Positions 30,603 to 41,067 of a stretch of DNA of 64,000 nucleotides are shown piece after piece. A model generated the notes under the pieces. The model was not told the origin of the DNA, did not search any database, and saw only the letters and a program-made list of their open reading frames with translations. Numbering within the stretch: the first letter of the stretch is position 1; every line of letters begins with the position of its first letter. The stretch is from Myxococcales bacterium. Its GTDB lineage: Bacteria; Myxococcota_A; Polyangia; Polyangiales; DASUME01. The stretch is from positions 1,888,001 to 1,952,000 of the forward strand of contig JASGJH010000001.1 in the NCBI GenBank assembly GCA_047601445.1. Direction: 5' to 3'. The position numbers were made by a program, and so were the translations under genes.

Positions 30603-31160
30603 TCATGCGAGTGCGAGACCCAACGCAAACACCACCATACCAACTACGATCACCAGCACGCACCTGGCAGCGAGCGGCGTGACCTGCCCGCTGCCGTCGA
30701 GGCCGCGCGTGACCAGCGCGAAGGAAGCCAAGCTCCAGCACAGCCATCCGCCCAGTGCGAGCAAGCTGAACAGCGGACTCGGATCGCCCGCTAGCGGACT
30801 GCCGAAGCCACGGGAGGCGTTTTGGGCCGAGGTTTGTCCGCGCAGCGCCACGCGCGCAGCTTCGTTGCGCCCGCGCTGGGCTTCGCGCCGCGAGAGGTGT
30901 TCGAGCATCTCGAGCGAGCGCCCGGTGTACGGACTCAAGGGCACGTGCCAGCTAGCACTGCGACGAAAGAAGGTGATGGCGAGGGAGGCCTTGCCCTCTG
31001 CCAGTGCACGCTGCCCACCTTCCCACTCGGCGCGTGCGCTGAGCAGGGACCGCGCCACGATCACCGACAACAGGAGCGCCAACACAGCCAGGCCCTGCCA
31101 GGACCAGCGCAGCAGGCGCAGCGGTCCACGCCGACCACCCACTTCGGGCTCGGCCGTCAC
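30603..31160 (-). CDS. Hypothetical membrane protein
   Basis: One N-terminal and two C-terminal hydrophobic helices; GTGA overlap with the cmk stop. Confidence 0.7.
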   Translation of the reverse strand: MTAEPEVGGRRGPLRLLRWSWQGLAVLALLLSVIVARSLLSARAEWEGGQRALAEGKASLAITFFRRSASWHVPLSPYTGRSLEMLEHLSRREAQRGRNEAARVALRGQTSAQNASRGFGSPLAGDPSPLFSLLALGGWLCWSLASFALVTRGLDGSGQVTPLAARCVLVIVVGMVVFALGLALA

Positions 31161-31855
31161 GACATGCGGTGCTTGACCAGGGCTTCCAGCTGGTCGAGCA
31201 CGCCGTCCAAGGTGAGCCCGCTGGTGTCGAGCAGCACGGCGTCGTCCGCGGGACGCATGGGCGCGATGTCGCGCTCGCTGTCCAGCCGATCTCGCTCACG
31301 GATCTCGGCCAACACCTGCTCGCGGTCGATCTCGTGGCCGGCCTTGCGTAGCTCGGCGTGGCGCCGCGCGGCACGCGACTCATCGGAGGCGGTGAGAAAC
31401 ACCTTCACGTCCGCGTCGGGGAAGACCACCGTGCCGATGTCACGCCCCTCCAACACCACGCCGCCCGCTGCGCCGAGCCGCCGCTGCAGGTCGAGTAGCG
31501 CCTTGCGGACCTCCGGATGACGCGAGGTGCGGCTTGCCCCCGTGGAGATGTGAGGCGTGCGGATGTCCTGGGAGCGATCGACGCCGTCGATCAGCAGGTG
31601 CATTGCGCCGTCCTCGCCGCGCGCGAAGCTCAGCGCCAGCGTGCGCATCAGAGCGCCGAGGGCACCGCCGTCTTCCCAATCCACGCCACGCTCGAAGGCT
31701 GCCAGCGCAACCCCTCGATAGAGGGCGCCCGTGTCCACCAGCACGAAGCCCAGGCGCTGCGCCAGCTGGCGCGCGGCCGTGCTCTTGCCCGCCCCTGCGG
31801 GGCCGTCGATGGCGATCACAGGCTGACCCGAAGAACGTGTTTTGGATCCAGTCAT
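31157..31855 (-). CDS. cmk: Cytidylate kinase
   Basis: AIDGPAGAGKST, DTGALYR, VLEGRDIGTVVFPDA, RDRLDSER; ATG 31855 overlaps the aroA-like stop. Confidence 0.97.
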   Translation of the reverse strand: MTGSKTRSSGQPVIAIDGPAGAGKSTAARQLAQRLGFVLVDTGALYRGVALAAFERGVDWEDGGALGALMRTLALSFARGEDGAMHLLIDGVDRSQDIRTPHISTGASRTSRHPEVRKALLDLQRRLGAAGGVVLEGRDIGTVVFPDADVKVFLTASDESRAARRHAELRKAGHEIDREQVLAEIRERDRLDSERDIAPMRPADDAVLLDTSGLTLDGVLDQLEALVKHRMS

Positions 31856-33198
31856 GTGAGCTCTTCCCATGCGACGTCGGCTCCCAACCTGGCGAGCGTA
31901 TCACCTAGCCCGGGGTATAGCGCGTCGAGCGTCTCAGCGTGGTCGATCCGTGTTTCGGCCTGGGCACTGAGCGACAACACGCACGCGAGCAGCAGACACT
32001 CGGGCGACAGGTTCGCGGCGTGCACCACGCTGGCCGCGCGCGCATCGCTCGGCTGCAGGTCGAAGCCGTCGGCGAAAGAGGTGCACTCGAAGCCATTCTC
32101 GCGCAGAAGCTGGGCCGGAGCGCGCAACGGGTCGGGCACGCGGGCACGCAGGGACGCGAGGTCGCGCACGGTGATCTTGCCGCCCAGGCACGGCGCCAGG
32201 GCCAACAGCGCCGGCGCATCCTGACTGATGCGAACGGCGAGCTCGCCGACCACGTGGGCACTGCGCAGGCGCCCGCTGCGCACGCGTAGATCGGCCACCG
32301 GCTCGTCGCCGGCAGTATCTCCCTTGGGCGTCACCTCGATGGGAGCCCCGGCGTGCCGCAGCACCTCCAGGAACGCACTGCGCGTGCGGTTCAGCCCGAC
32401 CCCCTCGAGGGTCACGTCGCTGCCGGGCACGGCCAGCGCGGCGGCCAAGAGCCAACAGGCCAGCGAGAAGTCGCCCGGGATGTGCCACTCGAAGCCAGGC
32501 CAGCTGCCCTGTCGCTCCCCGCGATCCAGCAACGTCAAGGCGCCCTGCGTGTGAATGCCGGCCCCGAGCGCCATCAGAGCGCGCTCGGCATGGTCGATGG
32601 AGAGCATGCCCTCCGCGATGGCCGTGGTGCCCGGGACGTAGAGCCCGCTCAGCAAGAGCCCGAGCTTGGTCACGTGATCCCCGTCGGGAATTTCGATCTC
32701 GGCCTCGGCCAGGTGTTCGCCGGCGATCAAGGGGGCGACCGCCACCGGAGCCCGCACGTCGCCGTCGTCGGTGGACTTGCCCGCCACGTGGGCACCGCGC
32801 GCCCGCAGCGGAGCGATCAGCGTGCGCAAGGAGTGCGTGAGGGCCGCACCGGCGGCCTCCACGCGGGTGCCGAAGTGCTGGCCCGAGAGCAGCGCCGTGA
32901 GCAGCTCGAGCGTGGTCGCCGAGGCTCCCGCCTGCAGCGCGCCGGCCGGCATGCGAAGCCCGCGCAATCCGCCGCCCATCACCCGCACGCCCGCATCGGT
33001 GTGGGCGACGGGCACCCCCATGGCGCGCAGCGCGTCGCACAACAGGAGGTGGTCGGGGCGGCTCGAGAGTCCGGAGATGAGGCTCGCGCCCTCCCCCAGC
33101 GCAGCCCACACCAAGGCCTGTTGCCCGAGCAAGAGATCTCCCGGCACACGCACGCGCCCACGCAGGGGCCGGCCCGGGACGATGCGCAGACGCCTCAT
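31852..33198 (-). CDS. aroA: EPSP synthase (class II AroA) homologue with a degenerate active site
   Basis: Fold motifs LRGRVRVPGD, DHAER, IPGDFS, GLNRTR, EPVADLRV, YPG and position before cmk; catalytic motifs substituted (see findings). Confidence 0.85.
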   Translation of the reverse strand: MRRLRIVPGRPLRGRVRVPGDLLLGQQALVWAALGEGASLISGLSSRPDHLLLCDALRAMGVPVAHTDAGVRVMGGGLRGLRMPAGALQAGASATTLELLTALLSGQHFGTRVEAAGAALTHSLRTLIAPLRARGAHVAGKSTDDGDVRAPVAVAPLIAGEHLAEAEIEIPDGDHVTKLGLLLSGLYVPGTTAIAEGMLSIDHAERALMALGAGIHTQGALTLLDRGERQGSWPGFEWHIPGDFSLACWLLAAALAVPGSDVTLEGVGLNRTRSAFLEVLRHAGAPIEVTPKGDTAGDEPVADLRVRSGRLRSAHVVGELAVRISQDAPALLALAPCLGGKITVRDLASLRARVPDPLRAPAQLLRENGFECTSFADGFDLQPSDARAASVVHAANLSPECLLLACVLSLSAQAETRIDHAETLDALYPGLGDTLARLGADVAWEELT

Positions 33199-34241
33199 GG
33201 TGAGCTCGTGCTCGCGCCCCGGCCGCTGGCCATCCCGAGCACCGACTGCAGCTTGCTCAGCAACCCGTAGAGGTCGGTGGCCAAGTACTTGGCGTGCACC
33301 TTCACGTGGTTGCCCTCGTTCTCGGCCTGGATGGCGCTCACGAAGGGTCGCAAGCCGAACATGCCTACGAACATGTTGTTGGTCAGGGAGTTGAGCGAAT
33401 GCTCCGCCGACTCGCGCATGGACTGGGCGCCCTCGGGGGTGGCCGCCTCGCCCACGGCGAGCAGCGCGATTTCGGGGCCCATGTCCACGGCTACGCCTGC
33501 CCGCCGCATCTCGTCGATCATGCCGCTCGGGATGCCCACGCCGAAGCGCGCGCTGTCCTCTTCGAGCCGTTGCTTGCCCTTGCCCTCGGGGTCATCCACC
33601 AGTACCGCGAGCTCGGCCGTCTCGAAGCCCAGCCGCCCGGCCAGCGCGTTGTAGAGCGGTGCGTCCTTGATGGGGGTCGCGGGCCCCTGGCTGGCGCGCG
33701 CCACCAGCCAATCGGCGCGATCGGCGGAGGCCGCCAGGATGAGCTCGGCGTTGAGCTGACACCACACGGCCTCGGGCCGTACGTAGAGCCTCAACAGCCC
33801 GCGCTGCTGGGCCACCAGCTGCTCGCGGGTGCCCAGGCCTTCGAGATAGCCCTCGCCGAAGCGCCCCTTCACCACCGCCACGAAGCTCGGCTGAGCGCTC
33901 TCCACGTTCTTGGCGCTGAGCGTGAGTTCATCGACCAAGTTGCTGTCGACCCAGAACTGGAGGCGGCGCTGCTTGGCCTGCATGCTCGCCCAGAGGTCCC
34001 AGAATGGCGTGCCCTTGAACGGCGCGATCAGCGCGTGGCCGAGCACCATGGAGTCCTCGGGCATCCAGGCCATCGCGTCCGTCGGAGGCGTGGGCGGTGG
34101 CGGCGCCACGGCCGCGGGCTTGGCCCCTCCGCAAGCCGAGAACAAGAACAGCCAGAGCGAGAGCCCGAAGCTGCCCATGCTGGCAAGGGTGGCCGCGCGA
34201 AGGAAGGAAGGCTGCGGGTTGGGCGACGACTTCGTGTTCAT
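33195..34241 (-). CDS. Hypothetical lipoprotein
   Basis: Hydrophobic signal ending FSAC-GG, Pro-rich linker; start overlaps the hisC stop and stop overlaps the aroA start. Confidence 0.78.
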   Translation of the reverse strand: MNTKSSPNPQPSFLRAATLASMGSFGLSLWLFLFSACGGAKPAAVAPPPPTPPTDAMAWMPEDSMVLGHALIAPFKGTPFWDLWASMQAKQRRLQFWVDSNLVDELTLSAKNVESAQPSFVAVVKGRFGEGYLEGLGTREQLVAQQRGLLRLYVRPEAVWCQLNAELILAASADRADWLVARASQGPATPIKDAPLYNALAGRLGFETAELAVLVDDPEGKGKQRLEEDSARFGVGIPSGMIDEMRRAGVAVDMGPEIALLAVGEAATPEGAQSMRESAEHSLNSLTNNMFVGMFGLRPFVSAIQAENEGNHVKVHAKYLATDLYGLLSKLQSVLGMASGRGASTSSP

Positions 34242-35341
34242 CAAGGCACTCCGTGCAACAGACGCTCGAGGCTCGCGAGCATGCGATCATTCTCGGCAGG
34301 AAGCCCGATGCTGATGCGCAGAAAACTGCCGATCGGGGGCCCCATCGGGCGCACGATGACCCCCTCCCGCAGCAAGGCCTCGTACATTTCGCGGCCCGAA
34401 CGTCCCATGTCCACTAACACGAAATTGGCCTGGCTGGGCGCCGGCTTGAGCCCCAATCTCGTGAGGCCCTGGCGCACACGCTCGCGCTCGCCCCGGTTGA
34501 GTTCCACGTAGCGCGCCACGTGCTCGCGATCTTCCAGTGCCGCCTGGGCCGCTGCGAGGCCGGCTGCGCTCACGTTGAAGGGCGCCCGCACGCGGTCCAG
34601 GTAGTCCACCACCTTGGCCCGGGCCAGGCCGTAGCCCACGCGCAGCGCGGCCAGGCCATAGGCCTTGGAGAAGGTGCGCAAGACGATCAGGTTCGGGTGC
34701 CGGCCGCGCAGCTCGGTGCCGCTCACGAAGTCGGGCGCATCCACGAACTCCACGTAGGCCTCGTCGAGCACCACCAGCGCGTTGGCGGGCGCGGCCTCGA
34801 GGATGCGCTCGAGCTCGCTGCGCGTGAGATAGGCGCCGGTGGGGTTGTTGGGGTTGGCGAGGAAGACGAGCCCGGTCTCGGGGCGCAGCGCCTGCACGAT
34901 GGCGTCGGCGTCGTAATGAACGTGCTCCCGCAGCGGCACTTCGCTGGTGGCGATGTTGCAGGCCAGCGTGCCGCTGCGATAGCAGACGAAGGACGGATCT
35001 GGATACACCGCGTGGCGCACCGAGCCTGCGAAGGTGCGACACACGAGATCGATGAGCTCGTTGGAGCCGTTACCGAGGATCACCTCGCTGGGCAGCACCC
35101 CATGGTGTGCCGCCAGGGCCTCGCGCAGTCGCGTGCCGTCCGGGTAACGATGGGCCTGGCCGAGCGTCCGCGCGGCGGCTTCCACGGCACGCGGCGAAGG
35201 TCCGAGCGGACTTTCGTTGCTCGCCAGCTTCACGGCATCACGGATGCCCAGCTCGCGCTCGAGCTGCTCGAGGGGCTTGCCGGGTACATAGGGAGAGAGG
35301 CGCTCGATGTTGGGCGAAACGACCAGCGGTAGCTCGCGCAT
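34241..35341 (-). CDS. hisC: Histidinol-phosphate aminotransferase
   Basis: PYVPGKP, KLASNESPLG, GNGSNELI, ANPNNPTG, LDEAYVEF, RTFSKAYGLAALRVGY. Confidence 0.96.
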   Translation of the reverse strand: MRELPLVVSPNIERLSPYVPGKPLEQLERELGIRDAVKLASNESPLGPSPRAVEAAARTLGQAHRYPDGTRLREALAAHHGVLPSEVILGNGSNELIDLVCRTFAGSVRHAVYPDPSFVCYRSGTLACNIATSEVPLREHVHYDADAIVQALRPETGLVFLANPNNPTGAYLTRSELERILEAAPANALVVLDEAYVEFVDAPDFVSGTELRGRHPNLIVLRTFSKAYGLAALRVGYGLARAKVVDYLDRVRAPFNVSAAGLAAAQAALEDREHVARYVELNRGERERVRQGLTRLGLKPAPSQANFVLVDMGRSGREMYEALLREGVIVRPMGPPIGSFLRISIGLPAENDRMLASLERLLHGVP

Positions 35342-35391
35342 CCTCGGACTCTATGGTCGACGCCAGGGGCGCGCAACGGCAGACCGAGGCG

Positions 35392-37989
35392 TCAGCTCGG
35401 GAGCAGGGTCTTGAGCCGCGCCAGGGTGGTCAGCGCCTCCATCGGGGTCATCCGATCGATGTCGAGCTCGCGCAGGGTGGCCTCCACCTCCGACTTCGGA
35501 GGCTGCGCCACGAACATCTCGAGCTGGGGCTTGTCGAGGCTCTGTCCGGCGTTGCCCAGGGGGCCCTGCCCTGATTCGAGCTGCGCGAGCACGTGTCGCG
35601 CGCGAGCCAGCACCACTTGGGGCACGCCCGCGAGTTTGGCCACGGCCACACCGTAGCTGCGGTTGGCTCCGCCCTCGATCAGCTTGTGCAGAAACACGAC
35701 CCCACCCTGGTACTCGCGCGCCGCGACATTCACGTTTCGCACGCCACTGCGTACGCCCGCGAGCTCACAGAGCTCGTGGTAGTGGGTCGCAAACATGGCG
35801 CGACAGCCGATGCCATCGTGGAGATGCTCCGCGATGGCCCAGGCGATGGCGAGGCCGTCGTAGGTGCTGGTGCCGCGCCCGATTTCGTCGAGGATCACCA
35901 GGGAACGCTTGGTGGCCCCGCGCAGGATGCTCGCCGCCTCCTGCATCTCGACCATGAACGTGCTCTGCCCCTGCGCCAGGTTGTCGCTGGCGCCCACACG
36001 CGTGTACACACGATCCACCACGCCCATGCGCGCTGCGCCCGCGGCCACGAAGCCACCCGCCTGGGCCATCAACACGGCGACCGCCACCTGGCGCATCACC
36101 GTGGACTTACCCGCCATGTTGGGGCCAGTGATCACGAGCAAGCGGCCCGCGTCGGCGTCCAGTAAGACGTCGTTGGGAACGAAGGTACCGGCAGCCGCGA
36201 GGCGCTCCACCACGGGATGGCGCAGATCGCGAAAATCGAGTTGCAATGACTCGTCGACGCTCGGTCGCACGTAGTCATAGCGGTGGGCTACCTCTGCGAA
36301 GCTGGCATGCACGTCGAGGTCGGAGAGCCCCGCCGCGAGCGAGAACAGCCGACTCACGTGCTGCGCCACACGCCTGCGCAGGGCCTCGAAGAACTCCTGT
36401 TCGAGCGCCTTGAGCTGCACGTCCGCGGTCTCGATCTTGCGCTCGAGCTCCTCGAGTTCGTCCGTCACGTAGCGTTCGCCGTTGGCGATGGTCTGCTTGC
36501 GGCGATAGTCGGCGGGCACACTGCCCAGGTTCGAGCGCGTGATCTCGATGTAGTAACCGAACACGCGCGTGTAGCGGATTTTGAGGGAGCTGATGCCGGT
36601 GCGCTTGCGCTCGCGCTCCTCCAGCGCGAGCAGCACGTCCTTGCTGGACGAGGCCAGCGTGCGCAGCTCGTCCACCCGTGCGTCCGCGCCCACGCGCAGG
36701 ATCCCACCCTGGCTCGCGCTTAATGGCAGCTCGTCGGCCAAGCTCTGCTCGAGATCCTCGAGCACCTCTTCGCACAGGTCCTGGGGCGCCAGCGCGCGCA
36801 GGGCGTCACCGAGCAACTCCCCCTCGTGATAAGCGAGCAGCGTGTGCACCTCGCGGCACTCGCGCAGCGCCCCGCGGATGGCTCCCAGGTCACGCGGGCT
36901 GGCCACGCCCTGGGCCGCCCGCGTCGCGAGCCGCTCGATGTCCCCGATGCCACCGAGCGACCGCCGCAGCGCTTCACGCACGCTCGGGTCCTTGAGCAGC
37001 GCTTCTACGACGTCATGACGGCGACGGATGGCGGGCACATCGGTCAGCGGCGCGAGCAAGCGCCGGCGCAGCGCGCGCGCGCCCATCGGCGTCAACGTGT
37101 CGTCCAGCAGACCGAGTAGCGATCCCTTGCGATCCCCGCCCAGCGTGCGCACCAGCTCCAGGTTGCGCACGGCCGCGTCGTCCAGGGCGAGCTGGTCGGA
37201 CGGACTGTAGGCGCTCAGGGCGGTGAGCTTCAGCGGCGTGCCCGGCTGGTTTTGCTGCGCATACGCCACGGCCTGCGCCGCGGCTTCGAGCACCAGACGG
37301 TCATGGACACCGCGGGCACGCTCGAGCTCCGCAGCCCCCAGAGCTTCTCCCAGGGTGCCGTGCGTGTCCACCGCGGCGCGCGGTGCGCTCTGCACCGCCC
37401 GCGGCAACAGGCGCACGAGGGATTGCTTGAGCGACTCCGCGTCACCTCGGAACAGCACCTCGCGGGGATCGAGACGCAACAGCTCGGCCAGCGCGCTCGC
37501 CGCGTCGGGCAGCACGCAGCCACGCAGCTCCGTGGTGGAGAGCTCCAACGTGACCAGACCGAAGCGCTGTTTCTCCTGCACCAACGAGGCCAGGTAGTTG
37601 TGGGCGCGCGCGTCGAGCACCTCGGGGTCGAGCACCAGGCCCGGCGTCACCACGCGCACCACCTCGCGCGGCACGATGCCCTTCACCGTGGCGGGGTCCG
37701 CCATCTGCTCGCAGATCGCCACCCGCTTGCCGAGCTCGAGCAGTCGACCGATGTAGCCCGTGGCCGCATGGTGCGGCACGCCGGCCATGGGGATGGGCTC
37801 GTCCTCGGGGCTCTTGCTACGCGAGGTCAGCGTCAGATCGAGCAGGCGCGAGGCCTCCACCGCGTCTTCGTAGAAGAACTCGTAGAAGTCTCCCATGCGG
37901 AAGAACAGCAGCGAGTCCGGGTACTGCTCCTTCGCCCGGAAGTACTGCAGCATCACGGGCGTATGTCGGCCGGACTTCACGCCTGCCAC
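35392..37989 (-). CDS. mutS: DNA mismatch repair protein MutS
   Basis: [65 protein letters not shown]. Confidence 0.99.
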   Translation of the reverse strand: MAGVKSGRHTPVMLQYFRAKEQYPDSLLFFRMGDFYEFFYEDAVEASRLLDLTLTSRSKSPEDEPIPMAGVPHHAATGYIGRLLELGKRVAICEQMADPATVKGIVPREVVRVVTPGLVLDPEVLDARAHNYLASLVQEKQRFGLVTLELSTTELRGCVLPDAASALAELLRLDPREVLFRGDAESLKQSLVRLLPRAVQSAPRAAVDTHGTLGEALGAAELERARGVHDRLVLEAAAQAVAYAQQNQPGTPLKLTALSAYSPSDQLALDDAAVRNLELVRTLGGDRKGSLLGLLDDTLTPMGARALRRRLLAPLTDVPAIRRRHDVVEALLKDPSVREALRRSLGGIGDIERLATRAAQGVASPRDLGAIRGALRECREVHTLLAYHEGELLGDALRALAPQDLCEEVLEDLEQSLADELPLSASQGGILRVGADARVDELRTLASSSKDVLLALEERERKRTGISSLKIRYTRVFGYYIEITRSNLGSVPADYRRKQTIANGERYVTDELEELERKIETADVQLKALEQEFFEALRRRVAQHVSRLFSLAAGLSDLDVHASFAEVAHRYDYVRPSVDESLQLDFRDLRHPVVERLAAAGTFVPNDVLLDADAGRLLVITGPNMAGKSTVMRQVAVAVLMAQAGGFVAAGAARMGVVDRVYTRVGASDNLAQGQSTFMVEMQEAASILRGATKRSLVILDEIGRGTSTYDGLAIAWAIAEHLHDGIGCRAMFATHYHELCELAGVRSGVRNVNVAAREYQGGVVFLHKLIEGGANRSYGVAVAKLAGVPQVVLARARHVLAQLESGQGPLGNAGQSLDKPQLEMFVAQPPKSEVEATLRELDIDRMTPMEALTTLARLKTLLPS

Positions 37990-38001
37990 GGCTTACTCCG
38001 A

Positions 38002-41000
38002 TCACCGATAGACTTTGAGAGAGCTCCGGAACGGTGCCAACTCCAACCGTCGCAGGCCCTGGGTCGCGCTGTCCACCAGGAAGAGTGACTGCGCGAACGG
38101 AAACCAGCGCAACGAGGTGGGACGCGCGCTCGGAAGGTCGGTGCTAGCGATGTTCACGCGCTGCACGCTGCTGCCCTGACTGACGACGACGCTCACGGCC
38201 GTGCCGGCCTCACTGGTGAGCGTGAATGAAAGCTGCGGATTTTCGAACAGCTCACCCACCTTGGCGTGCGACTGATAGCGGGGATCCCTGGCGGGGTCGT
38301 CCACGCAGCGCCCGTTTGCGTCGGCGATGGTGCGGTGCAGGTAGCCCGCCACCGTGCCCGAGACCAAGTACGGCTTGGAGATCGAGACGTTGTTGTCGGT
38401 GAGCATGGGCGGCAGATAGGCAGGGCAGTTGCCCTCGTCGACACACAGCTCGCGCACCAGGCTGCTCCCCGAACGGACCTGGATCGTGACGTACTCGGTG
38501 TAGCAACGGAGGAGGTGGTTCACCTCGGCCTCGCGGTTCTGCCTGCGCGTGGTCTCGTTGCCAATGTCCGTGTTCTGGTCGTCGAGATCGGTGAGTTCAG
38601 CCTCCGCCTCGGTGTTCGCCACGGCGTTGGGCATGGCGTCTCCGTCGGGGGTCGTCAGACCGAGCGCGCGCACCACCAGGTGATCATCGAAGGCGTCGAG
38701 GATCTTGAGCCGGATTTCGTTGCCGGTCGTGGGAACAGGGCAGGTGTCGTCGTTGGTCGTCGCGGTGGCCCCGAGGATCGCCACGACGTCATCCAGGGTC
38801 GCCTGGGCTCCGCGTCCGCACAAGGAGATGCCTGCCGGTGCGTAGATGGCCAGCTGATCCGACGGCAGCTCGCGCGTGTTCTCGTTCTTCTGCAGGATAG
38901 CGCCGCTGAAGGTGAGACCGGTGATCGGCGCGTCGACCTGCGCGTTCCAGCTCTGGTCGCGCTCCACCCAGGGGTCGGCGATCAAGCACACGGGTTGCGC
39001 GGTGTCGCGATCGGCCGGGACGTACTCGGCGCCGCACTCGGGCGGGCTGGTGAACGCCGCGACGTTGGAGACCGATGCCACTGGTTCCTGCGAGAACGTG
39101 AGGCGCGGCGCGTTGCGCTGCACGCCGAGGGAGAGCGGGCTGGTTCCCGTCTGGACCGCGGCGCCGACGAGGAGCGGGGAGGTCTCGTCCTGCTGCGTCA
39201 CCGGCGTTTCGTCGACCGGGGCGTCCGCGGGAGGTGTCTCGGGCGGCGGTGGCGGTACGCATGAAGTCTGCGCACGGCACTGCACGTCGAGATCGAGCAA
39301 ATCGAAGACGTTGACCTCACCAGCCATCGACACCACGAACAGGAACACGCCGCGCAGCTGGGTCGGCCCCGCGTCACGCGCGATCTCGAAATAACCCTGA
39401 GCCTGGTTGCGCACGGCGGTGGCCTGGGCGATCAGGGCCGCGTTGTTCGTCTTGTTGGCGCGGTCGAAGGCCTTGTTGCCCTCGGCCGCCTCGCTCTGCA
39501 TTTGGGTCACGATGGAGCGGGAGCCGTCGGGCGAGAACGACTTGGGCACCGCGGTCACGGCCGTCAGCTCGCCATCCGCGTTCTCCTGGGTCACCACGTC
39601 GATGCCATTGCCGCAGTTGTTCGGGTCGTCGGGCCGGGTGTCCACCACCTCGAGCGCCACGCCCACCGCGGACCGCGAGAGCATCTGGAAGCGATCCTGG
39701 TAGCGCTCGGGCACCGGCGCCTTGAGCGGCAGCAAGCTCGCCCCGCTGGCGCTGGTCCTGAGCTCGAACGCCATCAGACCGCCGCGCGGATCGAGGCCGT
39801 AGAGGAAGCGCTTGCTGTCGGTGCTCTCGCTGTACAGCGGATCGTGGGTGAACAACGCCTGCTGAGAGACTTCGGCCGGCAGCGTCGGCGTCAGCACGAA
39901 GTCCTTCATGGGCTCGCCCACGGCCACGCTGCCGCGCGTGGTCAGCACGCCGTCCGTGCTCAACGAGAACACGTGCAACACGGGCAGGTTCTGGTCGGCC
40001 ACGAAGAGAAACCCACTGAGCGGGTCATAACGCATGACCGTGGGAGAAGGGATCCCCTCGCCTGCCACGCGTGGCGCCAGCGGCAGCTCCGTGGTGCCCG
40101 AGGTGTAGTTGTGACCGAGCCCGCACACGGCCAGGTACGGCGCGTCATTGACGGGCAGCGCGAGCTCTTCGGGACTCGGCGCAGGCACCCGGAAGTAGTC
40201 GGGCAGGACATTGACGCCGTTCGCATCGGTGAGAAACGGGTCGATAGGAGCGTTGGGGTCGAGCGGAACGCTAGGGTCAGGGTTGGGCGCTACGCCCTCG
40301 GGAGCGAGCTTCACCCGCGCCAGCGAGCCCGCTTCGGGGAGGCTCACCCAGAGCGCCTCGTCGGGCCCGTAGAACATGTCGCGCGGCATGCTGCGCAGGA
40401 ACAACTCGACCTTGTCTGCTGCGATGGGCTCGTTATTGGGCCGCTCCGGGCCGCAGGGAACACCGAGGCGGAAGCGGCAGGTGGCCACCGCGCGCACGGC
40501 CTGATCAGACGCGCTCGCCACGTACACCCAGCGGGGTCCCAGGATCTCGTTCGCCGTGGTCGGCTCGTAGCCCGGCGACGGCTGCTCGGGAGGCACGACC
40601 ACCGTGGTGGGCTGCCCACCCACGTCCACGAAGGTGTAGCCAGGAATCTGCTGGTCGCTGTCCAGGACCCTGCCTGCCGGCAAATCCACCGCGGCCACCT
40701 CACCGCGCACGCTCTGGGTCACCAGTGCGTGAAGCGCCGGTTGCGTGGTCCCCTCCCCGCAGGCGATGCGCGCCGGATTTTCCGCGCCGTCCGGAAGATC
40801 GAGCGCGGGCAACACGAATGGCGAACCGGGGGCGGCCAAAGGCACCTGGTCCACGTTGGGAGAGCAGCAGTTGAGCGGCAACGGAGTCGAATCGACGCGA
40901 TTGATGCACACCGTTTCGACGAACTCGGGCCGATCGAAGGCGAAATTGAGGTTGGAGCCCTTGTTGGTGTTGCAGCCAACGCCGAAGGCGCTCAACACGA

Positions 41001-41067
41001 GCAGGCTCGCAGGGAAAGACCACGGTGCGCACAGCGCGGCGCGGCCCCTGCTGGGAGTATGTCCCAT
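38002..41067 (-). CDS. Large hypothetical lipoprotein, probable beta-propeller
   Basis: GVGC lipobox; blade-like repeats (GEVAAVDL, VYVASASD, LWVSLP, LFVADQ, LFLVDS); 1021 aa intact ORF. Confidence 0.75.
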   Translation of the reverse strand: MGHTPSRGRAALCAPWSFPASLLVLSAFGVGCNTNKGSNLNFAFDRPEFVETVCINRVDSTPLPLNCCSPNVDQVPLAAPGSPFVLPALDLPDGAENPARIACGEGTTQPALHALVTQSVRGEVAAVDLPAGRVLDSDQQIPGYTFVDVGGQPTTVVVPPEQPSPGYEPTTANEILGPRWVYVASASDQAVRAVATCRFRLGVPCGPERPNNEPIAADKVELFLRSMPRDMFYGPDEALWVSLPEAGSLARVKLAPEGVAPNPDPSVPLDPNAPIDPFLTDANGVNVLPDYFRVPAPSPEELALPVNDAPYLAVCGLGHNYTSGTTELPLAPRVAGEGIPSPTVMRYDPLSGFLFVADQNLPVLHVFSLSTDGVLTTRGSVAVGEPMKDFVLTPTLPAEVSQQALFTHDPLYSESTDSKRFLYGLDPRGGLMAFELRTSASGASLLPLKAPVPERYQDRFQMLSRSAVGVALEVVDTRPDDPNNCGNGIDVVTQENADGELTAVTAVPKSFSPDGSRSIVTQMQSEAAEGNKAFDRANKTNNAALIAQATAVRNQAQGYFEIARDAGPTQLRGVFLFVVSMAGEVNVFDLLDLDVQCRAQTSCVPPPPPETPPADAPVDETPVTQQDETSPLLVGAAVQTGTSPLSLGVQRNAPRLTFSQEPVASVSNVAAFTSPPECGAEYVPADRDTAQPVCLIADPWVERDQSWNAQVDAPITGLTFSGAILQKNENTRELPSDQLAIYAPAGISLCGRGAQATLDDVVAILGATATTNDDTCPVPTTGNEIRLKILDAFDDHLVVRALGLTTPDGDAMPNAVANTEAEAELTDLDDQNTDIGNETTRRQNREAEVNHLLRCYTEYVTIQVRSGSSLVRELCVDEGNCPAYLPPMLTDNNVSISKPYLVSGTVAGYLHRTIADANGRCVDDPARDPRYQSHAKVGELFENPQLSFTLTSEAGTAVSVVVSQGSSVQRVNIASTDLPSARPTSLRWFPFAQSLFLVDSATQGLRRLELAPFRSSLKVYR

